Source: a virus. From it: a DNA stretch of 6,291 bases. Made by a program: the position numbers and the translations under genes. Every line of letters begins with the position of its first letter. Positions within the stretch are counted from its first letter, which is position 1. This document shows, in pieces, positions 1 to 5,334 of this stretch. The stretch is from positions 1 through 6,291 of the IMG/VR virus record IMGVR_UViG_3300020026_000020; one strand, given 5' to 3'. The notes below the pieces were generated by a model. The model did no database searches. It worked only from the letters and a program-made list of their open reading frames with translations, and had not been told where the DNA came from.

Positions 1-112
1 GAGGAAAGAGATTTGATTCTGTAAATCCAATGGAATGGAAGGATTTAGGTCGCACCACTTTTGGCATTTGAGTATAAAAGTCGGGTAAAGCGACAAAACT
101 ATTAACATACGA
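1..112. repeat. Terminal direct repeat, left copy. It is identical to 6180..6291, which is the assembly overlap signature of a circular 6179-nt replicon.
   Basis: Base-by-base comparison: 1..112 (gaggaaagagatttgattctg...ttaacatacga) equals 6180..6291 with no mismatch I could see. The repeat lies inside an uninterrupted reading frame that stays in frame across the junction. Confidence 0.95.
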
Positions 113-850
113 CGCAACATACGGAGCTGCGAATCCTCTCGAGAGTGATGCATCACAACGTCCGTAAGACCAAGCCTTAGATACATTTTCAAGAACAGTC
201 TGCGAGAATCGGTCGGAATTGGAAAACAATAACAAATGCCAATGCGGGCGGAAACTGGTAGGGCCGTATTCTGATACAGCGTAGTAACGTAATTTTTCAT
301 CCGGGTAATAACTTCTTAAACGTTTCAAAAACAAATCCAGGTCACGATTACAAACATAAGGAATCCTGTTGGGAACATTATGCTTAATCTTTCCAAGAAT
401 AGACAAAAGCTCCTCAGGTTTCATGGCATAAGTAAACCGAACTTCAGGGTCTTTGAAAGTACGTTCGACGGTAGAATTCTTCAACTGAACAGAAGAGGAA
501 CGAGGAATGCTGCGAAAACCAAACAAATAAGTATTAGGGTCACCAGCATCCAAGTCATTAATATTGGGAACACAGGGTACATCCGCAATATCATCCGTAC
601 AAGTTTCAATAATCGAAACCTCCAAAGTAGGAAGGAAGCAAGGAGCATAAGTAAGAGTAACAAAATAAGCATAACGGAATTGAGCAGAATAAGTAGTAAG
701 TAAGTTTGTTTGAATTCCGGAACGACGAAGAATACAAGAAGGACAAGAGCCACAAGACACAAGAACAGGCTCGTGTGTATACTTATTAACAACCGTACGA
801 GGGTGTTGACAACGAGTCACTAGCTTATTCTGCAATTCCTTAGTAATCAT
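1..850 (-). CDS. VP4: Replication initiation protein VP4 (HUH rolling-circle endonuclease), N-terminal part. The ORF runs off the left window edge and continues at 6179 on the circle. Full gene = complement(join 850..1, 6179..5335), 564 aa.
   Basis: Hand translation of the minus strand from ATG 850..848 gives MITKELQNKLVTRCQHPRTVVNKYTHEPVLVSCGSCPSCILRRSGIQTNLLTTYSAQFRYAYFVTLTYAP...RYYAVSEYGPTSFRPHWHLLLFSNS...RGFAAPYVASYVNSFVALPDFYTQMPKVVRPKS, with no stop down to position 1. An in-frame stop (856..854) lies just upstream of the ATG. Motifs found: N-terminal CxHP...CGSCPSC (754..734), RCR motif 1 FVTLTY (664..647), HUH motif HWH (244..236), and the catalytic Tyr pair YVASYVN (121..107; compare phiX174 gpA YVAKYVNK). 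The Met of the tracked ORF 5335..6246 (6246, equivalent to 67) is in frame, 261 codons downstream. Confidence 0.92.
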   Translation of the reverse strand, partial: MITKELQNKLVTRCQHPRTVVNKYTHEPVLVSCGSCPSCILRRSGIQTNLLTTYSAQFRYAYFVTLTYAPCFLPTLEVSIIETCTDDIADVPCVPNINDLDAGDPNTYLFGFRSIPRSSSVQLKNSTVERTFKDPEVRFTYAMKPEELLSILGKIKHNVPNRIPYVCNRDLDLFLKRLRSYYPDEKLRYYAVSEYGPTSFRPHWHLLLFSNSDRFSQTVLENVSKAWSYGRCDASLSRGFAAPYVASYVNSFVALPDFYTQMPKVVRPKSFHSIGFTESNLFP

Positions 851-1155
851 TTTCTATCAGTAAAATTAAGTTTCATTTGACGAGGCTTACGACCACGAGC
901 AAAGGAAACATGAACAAATGTACGATATCTTATAAGCTGGTCAAATTTGAAGGGAGAACCTTCAATAACCGAGGAGAAATCACCCATAGAAAAATCAACA
1001 GGTGCTATGTCAATGGCATCTCCAGTCAAATGCTGGGAAGTGTTAGAACCATTACACGCCTTATTCTGCTCTGGAGTACGGAGAGCAGAATTAACAGTAA
1101 AATGAATATTCCGACAGAGAAGCCATTCAACAAATTTCATTAATTCAGGATTCAT
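847..1155 (-). CDS. Zn-dependent peptidase of the M15 family (Peptidase_M15_3 / D-Ala-D-Ala carboxypeptidase-like). Candidate cell-wall hydrolase (endolysin).
   Basis: 102 aa. NSALRTPEQNKACNGSNTSQHLTGDAIDIAP...FVHVSF matches the M15 signature S-x-[YF]-R-x-x-x-x-N...S-x-H-x-x-G-x-A-x-D ... H-[VI]. The candidate Zn ligands are H42, D49 and H82, at nt 1032..910. Its stop overlaps the VP4 start as ATGA (850..847). Confidence 0.8.
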   Translation of the reverse strand: MNPELMKFVEWLLCRNIHFTVNSALRTPEQNKACNGSNTSQHLTGDAIDIAPVDFSMGDFSSVIEGSPFKFDQLIRYRTFVHVSFARGRKPRQMKLNFTDRK

Positions 1156-1158
1156 GAC

Positions 1159-1248
1159 TTACGAAAAAATTTGGGCAATAGACGTAAGAAGACTGACAGC
1201 AGCTGCAATAATAGCAGACCAGATTTTAGATTTAGTTTCACTTTTCAT
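1159..1248 (-). CDS. Small single-pass membrane protein (29 aa, MKSETKSKIWSAIIAAAVSLLTSIAQIFS). Holin-like candidate. The alternative upstream start at 1347 would give the tracked 62-aa, two-helix version.
   Basis: A charged N-terminus is followed by a ~20-residue hydrophobic helix. Stop TAA at 1161..1159 lies 3 nt before the M15 peptidase ATG (TAAGTCATG). The region upstream of Met34 is F/L/I-rich, as expected for a spurious frame on a T-rich strand, and it fully overlaps ORF 1238..1435, so I prefer the internal ATG. Confidence 0.4.
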   Translation of the reverse strand: MKSETKSKIWSAIIAAAVSLLTSIAQIFS

Positions 1249-1435
1249 CAGGAATTGCTTTAAAGGTTGAACAATGAGAAATGATAAGAACACAATCCGG
1301 ACGAAGATTTGAAGAAACAAATGCAGAAACTTCGTCAACGGGTACAAGAACAGTTTCGTTCTGATTAGGATTTACCTTTGACTGGATAGAACACAGATAA
1401 TACTTTTCCATAAAAATAAAAGTTAAATTAGACAT
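1238..1435 (-). CDS. Hypothetical small protein (65 aa from ATG 1435; 57 aa if from ATG 1411).
   Basis: MSNLTFIFMEKYYLCSIQSKVNPNQNETVLVPVDEVSAFVSSNLRPDCVLIISHCSTFKAIPDEK has a balanced, non-repetitive composition. ATG 1435 is the first ATG downstream of the candidate promoter. The 3' end overlaps ATG 1248 of the next ORF by 11 nt. I recognise no family. Confidence 0.4.
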   Translation of the reverse strand: MSNLTFIFMEKYYLCSIQSKVNPNQNETVLVPVDEVSAFVSSNLRPDCVLIISHCSTFKAIPDEK

Positions 1436-1452
1436 TGTTTTTAAAGACAGAG

Positions 1453-1485
1453 CAAAGATATAAATAAATACTTGAAAAAAACAAA
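1453..1485 (-). promoter_or_regulatory. Candidate Bacteroidota-type promoter (-33 TTTG / -7 TAnnTTTG) on the gene strand.
   Basis: The minus strand reads TTTG (1485..1482), then 21 nt, then TATCTTTG (1460..1453). This sits in a ~21% GC stretch (hand count over 1381..1520) directly upstream of the first ORF of the gene train. Confidence 0.4.
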
Positions 1486-1545
1486 TGTCAGCATAAAATA
1501 TTAACATTAATAAACAAAAGCTATGTGGGTGGCAGGCTGGTCTGT

Positions 1546-1617
1546 GAGTTTGCGTATATAAGACAAGGGGAGGAACTGAAAGCTATGAGGTAAATAGCTT
1601 TCCCTTCGGGCAAACTC
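1546..1617. repeat. Nested inverted repeats forming a two-level stem structure.
   Basis: GAGTTTGC (1546..1553) pairs perfectly with GCAAACTC (1610..1617). That helix encloses GAAAGCTA (1578..1585) / TAGCTTTC (1595..1602), which has a 9-nt loop. CCCTTCGGG follows at 1602..1610. Confidence 0.8.
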
Positions 1618-1824
1618 GTGTAGGCTTCGTCAATTTATATTTTAGGTGTTTAGCGGCGACGGAAGAGAAGAGATTAGAGGAAGATTGTTTACGCGTTGCA
1701 AGCGTCAAGCTTTGAGGAAGGCAGTACTATAGCCTGACGGCTCTGATTCCAGTCGACGGGGTCTCCCGGAATTCAGGGAGGTGTATAACCACGCTACGCG
1801 CGGTTGCCGGAAGTTACTCCAAGC

Positions 1825-1857
1825 AAAAAAACCCGGCGCGTATCACTACGAACCGGG
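1825..1857 (-). terminator. Rho-independent terminator downstream of VP2.
   Basis: The minus strand reads CCCGG-TT-CGTA-GTGA-TACG-CG-CCGGG followed by TTTTTTT (1831..1825). This is a GC stem with an inner 4-bp stem capped by a GNRA-type GUGA loop, then a U7 tract. It starts 24 nt after the VP2 stop codon (1883..1881). Confidence 0.7.
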
Positions 1858-1880
1858 AAAAACACGACAAACAAAAGTTA

Positions 1881-2942
1881 CTACCAAGGCAGAAGGTTTC
1901 CTATAGTGTTACCGATAGAAGTACCATAATGTACAATCTTATCAGCATCATAATATTTATACTTCTTTCCTTCATTACGAGAACGATACCAATCCTCGAT
2001 ACTACGAGAACGGGCGCGCTCACGATTAAATTTAGCAGCTTCAAGCTCAAATTCAGCATTAGAGTGATTTGAAGCGTTAGAAGCACGAATCAAAGAGTCA
2101 GCCGTAGCTTCAGCGACCTTATTACTGATTTTCTGACCTTTGGCACGGGCATAAGTAAGAACCTCATCAGCAAGAACCTTCTTAGCCTGATTATAGTTCA
2201 AATGGCCATGAGACATTTGGTTATAATACTCAGAGGCCTTAACATTCAAATCAGCCTGTTGCTGTTGGTCAAGATATTTATTAAGAACAGTCTTGGCTTC
2301 AGCATCAAGTAATTGAGAAGCACCTTGAGCCTGCAAAAGGCGGCCAGCAAAAGCCATATTATCAAGTTCCTGCATTTCCTTGGAATAACCAAGCTGAGCA
2401 CGAGCCAAACCAGTAGCCTTCAAGTATTCACGGGTCTCTTTCGTCATCTTAGACCAATCAACATTAGAAAGAGCCTGCATAGCCTGAGCGTCCGCAAGAT
2501 TCTTCTGACCTTGTAACTGTGAAACCTGAGCCTGCTGAACCTGAGACTGAAACACAGAACCGATAGCCTGCTGAACACCGGAGTAATCAGCTTGAAAAGG
2601 CTGCATAACAGCAGAACCGGCAGAAGAGGCAGAAGCTCCAGTGCCAACAGACTGAGCAGTTCCAGCAGAACCACCATTCATCATCAGATAAGGATTCAAA
2701 CCAGCATCTTCGAGACGTTGACGTTGCGCGGATGCAGTATTATATGCGTTTTCCTTATTCCACATATTTTCCTGGAAATCGCGCTGCTGCATTGCCATAC
2801 GCTCGTTAAACTGGTTGTTCATCTGATTTATCTTATAGTTCATCTGGTTGGTTTCCTTAACATTTTGTCTGTTCTGAGAATTTTGAATTACAGAAGAACC
2901 AATGCCAAGGAGACCACCAGCAATTGAACCAAGAAGACCCAT
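1881..2942 (-). CDS. VP2: VP2 minor capsid / DNA pilot protein.
   Basis: 353 aa. It has a Gly-rich hydrophobic N-terminus (MGLLGSIAGGLLGIGSSVI), a Q/N-rich helical body, and the microvirus VP2 hallmark ...AYNTASAQRQRLEDAGLNPYLMM... Its ATG overlaps the upstream stop as TAATG (2944..2940). Stop TAG at 1883..1881. Confidence 0.85.
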   Translation of the reverse strand: MGLLGSIAGGLLGIGSSVIQNSQNRQNVKETNQMNYKINQMNNQFNERMAMQQRDFQENMWNKENAYNTASAQRQRLEDAGLNPYLMMNGGSAGTAQSVGTGASASSAGSAVMQPFQADYSGVQQAIGSVFQSQVQQAQVSQLQGQKNLADAQAMQALSNVDWSKMTKETREYLKATGLARAQLGYSKEMQELDNMAFAGRLLQAQGASQLLDAEAKTVLNKYLDQQQQADLNVKASEYYNQMSHGHLNYNQAKKVLADEVLTYARAKGQKISNKVAEATADSLIRASNASNHSNAEFELEAAKFNRERARSRSIEDWYRSRNEGKKYKYYDADKIVHYGTSIGNTIGNLLPW

Positions 2943-3424
2943 TATTTAGAAGGTGCAGATTCAGCGGAAGCAGCAGCCGCTTTTTCTGCTTCTTGTTTAG
3001 CAGTTTCAGCTTCAATTAACTCTTGAGCTTGAGACTCAAGACGTTCAGCATAAGCTGACAACTCTTTAGACCAAGCAATAATTTCAGAAGGAGACTGAAT
3101 ATGCCGGGAGCGAACTGTCATCAAAAGGTCATCATCAGACATCTTATCCATAATTTGTTGAATCTGGGAAGTAGATTGCTTACTTTGACCAAATTTGGAA
3201 GCAACAGAAACTCCAGCACGAGAGGCCAAATCCTTATTATGAAGAATTAAACGAATATCAGAAGTGTAACGCACAGGACGAGTTTCATCAGTATCATCAA
3301 TTTCAACACGGAGCTGTTCAGTAGAATCAAAGCTAGGGGCAACCGCAAAAGCGTCAGGTTCAACATTAGGAAGAAGGCTACAACCTTGTTCCATACATTT
3401 CAAAGAATTAAATTTTCCTATCAT
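2942..3424 (-). CDS. Hypothetical acidic protein with a C-terminal coiled-coil-like tail. Possible internal scaffolding protein (VP3-like).
   Basis: The tracked ORF begins at TTG 3430; the first ATG is at 3424..3422, giving 160 aa. It sits between VP1 and VP2. The protein is acidic, and the C-terminus ERLESQAQELIEAETAKQEAEKAAAASAES is helical and low in complexity. The functional call rests on position and composition only. Confidence 0.6.
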   Translation of the reverse strand: MIGKFNSLKCMEQGCSLLPNVEPDAFAVAPSFDSTEQLRVEIDDTDETRPVRYTSDIRLILHNKDLASRAGVSVASKFGQSKQSTSQIQQIMDKMSDDDLLMTVRSRHIQSPSEIIAWSKELSAYAERLESQAQELIEAETAKQEAEKAAAASAESAPSK

Positions 3425-3438
3425 AATCAAAACAAATA

Positions 3439-5298
3439 TTAGTAAGGTACACCATCACGAGATAAATTACGGGCAACATAGCAACTGATATAAGAGTTAA
3501 CCAAAAGCTGATCAGTGTCCCAAGTAGAATCAGCAGAAACTCCGAATATTGGGTCAAGAACAGAAGGATTAACCTTAAAGAACTTGTAGTTCAAAACAAC
3601 CTTATTATTTTGATTGACATCACCTTCAGTATAACCAAAGCCAAACCATCCGGAAAGAAGAGATTCAGTAACAGGGGAAACCCAAGACTTAAGGGTAGTA
3701 GTAAACGCGCCGTTAATGACATCAAGTTTTGTCTTCCAATTGAAATAACGAGGATTATAACCGGCATTGAACAAATTGACAATAGAGGCTTTTGGAGAGT
3801 TGAAAATTTGTGTCATAGGAAGAACTTCCATACCAATATTATCAAACTCAGGAATCGGGAGAGATTCAGCATCAGTTACAAGTAACTGACCGTCTTGACC
3901 AGTAATTGTATAATCAAGCAAGGGAACGGCATGATAAATACACATAACGACACAATGCTCGTTGGTTGTATAAGTAAATGAACCATTACCAGCACCAACA
4001 CCTTTACCAGCAATAACAGCAGTATTATCAGCGGCAGCAAGATTGTTATTCACAACCTCACTGATATCAAGGTTACGAGAAATACCACCAATATAGGTAC
4101 ACAAATTAGAAAGAGCTTGGGGTAAATTCACACCAAAATGCTTACGAATCTGGTCCCGATAATCAGAATCACCAGACTGGCTGATTTCTTTCCAGCGTTG
4201 AAGTGCTTCAGCCTGACGAAGCGCAAGAACCGAAAATTGAGACTGCAAAGCAGACAAATCAGAAATCAAAGGAGACTTGAGGTCAACAGTAGAACCGGAA
4301 GTAACACCAGGAGCGCTCAAGCCAGAAGAACTGTTATCAGTAGTTAAAGGAGAATTCGTAACCGCAGAAATAAATTTACCATCAGTAGTCTTAAAACCAG
4401 CTTTCAAATCACCACCAGGAATCTCAAGATTGATTATGGCAACATCACCAAACTGGGAATCAGGGAGAACACCCATTAACATATCCTTGTTCCAGTTACA
4501 ATATTTAAGGTCAAACATCGTATCGGATTTCCAGTAAGGATCAGAAGCAGAAGGGATAGATGAAAAAAGAGAAGGAGAAGTTCCCGCATAATAATCCACA
4601 TTATAGGAAGAAGGGTTAGTTTTTTCCCATTGAGACCAACGGAAAAAATCCTGATAAATCTTCTGATACGCCAAAAGAGGGAAAAGATTCACATAATTAT
4701 TTTGAATATAAGCCTGAGTATAAGAAGTATCAGAACTATTTTTCAAAGTAGTAGACCACCAACGAGAACCAGAAGAAGGTGTAGTAGAAAGAATATTTCC
4801 ATAACCAAGATAATTCAACAACTTAAAAGACAGGTCTCCACGATTGAACCCAAACATATTTAAAGAGAAAGGAGCATCGCTAGAACCAGGCGAATCTGAA
4901 GCTCCGTTCAAAAAATAAATAAAAGAGTTCAACTGAGAAAGGGACGAAGACGGTAAATAAGTACCAAGAGACAAATTCTGAGTCAAAGACAACGCTTGAG
5001 TTTTATTAACATCCTGCATTTGTGTTAACACAGAAGGTGCGGACTTCCAAAGAAGACGCAACGGAACAGCATAGAAATCAAAATATTCACGCAAACGGGT
5101 GTAAGCAGAAGTTTCAACGGGCTGAGTACGAGTGAAATACTCAACATCAAACTTGTACTTATCACCAGGCATAGAAATATCCCAGTAAACCGGGAGAAGT
5201 TCACCAACTTTTGCAGTAAATGCATTTTTACGTCCAATATCAAATCCAGAACGGTGAGGATGATTCTGGAGGTCGGACATTCCAGTGTAAGAAGACAT
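3439..5298 (-). CDS. VP1: VP1 major capsid protein (Microviridae F-protein family).
   Basis: 619 aa. The N-terminal block HRSGFDIGRKNAFTAKVGELLPVYWDISMPGDKY and the central block LALRQAEALQRWKEISQSGDSDYRDQIRKHFGV are characteristic of microvirus major capsid proteins. ATG at 5298, stop TAA at 3441..3439. Confidence 0.93.
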   Translation of the reverse strand: MSSYTGMSDLQNHPHRSGFDIGRKNAFTAKVGELLPVYWDISMPGDKYKFDVEYFTRTQPVETSAYTRLREYFDFYAVPLRLLWKSAPSVLTQMQDVNKTQALSLTQNLSLGTYLPSSSLSQLNSFIYFLNGASDSPGSSDAPFSLNMFGFNRGDLSFKLLNYLGYGNILSTTPSSGSRWWSTTLKNSSDTSYTQAYIQNNYVNLFPLLAYQKIYQDFFRWSQWEKTNPSSYNVDYYAGTSPSLFSSIPSASDPYWKSDTMFDLKYCNWNKDMLMGVLPDSQFGDVAIINLEIPGGDLKAGFKTTDGKFISAVTNSPLTTDNSSSGLSAPGVTSGSTVDLKSPLISDLSALQSQFSVLALRQAEALQRWKEISQSGDSDYRDQIRKHFGVNLPQALSNLCTYIGGISRNLDISEVVNNNLAAADNTAVIAGKGVGAGNGSFTYTTNEHCVVMCIYHAVPLLDYTITGQDGQLLVTDAESLPIPEFDNIGMEVLPMTQIFNSPKASIVNLFNAGYNPRYFNWKTKLDVINGAFTTTLKSWVSPVTESLLSGWFGFGYTEGDVNQNNKVVLNYKFFKVNPSVLDPIFGVSADSTWDTDQLLVNSYISCYVARNLSRDGVPY

Positions 5299-5334
5299 AA
5301 AAAAACGTTTTAAAATTAAACATTATCAGTTATG

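Larger units (their letters stand above)
1508..1880. other. Long non-coding, GC-enriched, structure-rich intergenic island. Candidate complementary-strand origin, other cis-acting DNA element, or structured ncRNA.
   Basis: There is no 'cat' on the plus strand (so no ATG on the gene strand) across 1521..1880. The plus strand has only two ATGs, followed by 12- and 2-codon frames. My hand count gives ~50% GC for 1521..1860 against ~21% for the adjacent 1381..1520. It contains multiple perfect helices and a cluster of hexamer palindromes (see findings). Confidence 0.75.

Noticed and set aside
1-112. Terminal direct repeats as LTR-like or mobile-element ends, or a genuine genomic duplication.
   Set aside because: The copies sit exactly at the two window ends, are identical, and bisect a single reading frame in phase. 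This is the standard signature of a circular contig assembled past its start, not a biological repeat.
1238-1507. ATG 1507 as the start of the 89-aa tracked ORF.
   Set aside because: The first 24 codons (MLIFYADICFFQVFIYIFALSLKT) run through the AT-rich promoter-like region, upstream of the candidate -7 element. ATG 1435 or 1411 is more plausible.
1505-1515. CATTAATAAAC resembling the phiX174 origin core (ATATTAATAAC), nearby TTAACAT resembling a dif XerD arm, and TAATATT on the minus strand resembling a circovirus-type nonamer.
   Set aside because: The phiX-like match is on the non-viral strand and has an indel. All of these matches are short, lie in ~20% GC sequence where such strings arise by chance, and none sits in a stem-loop. 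I cannot locate the Rep nick site from sequence alone.
1832-1857. GGTTCG on the minus strand (plus-strand cgaacc at 1849..1854) as a tRNA T-arm or tRNA-like att fragment.
   Set aside because: The enclosing stem has a 16-nt loop region, and I found no acceptor, D or anticodon arms nearby. The element is better explained as a terminator hairpin followed by a T7 tract.
1508-1880. Self-cleaving ribozyme (hammerhead CUGANGA...GAAA core) or small basic DNA-binding ORF (J/VP8-like) in the intergenic island.
   Set aside because: There is no CTGANGA on either strand of the island. There is no ATG on the gene strand, and the only plus-strand frames are 12 and 2 codons long.
3425-3430. TTG 3430 as the start of the VP3-like ORF.
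   Set aside because: An ATG lies two codons downstream (3424..3422) and every other gene here uses ATG. The difference is only 2 residues and cannot be resolved from sequence.
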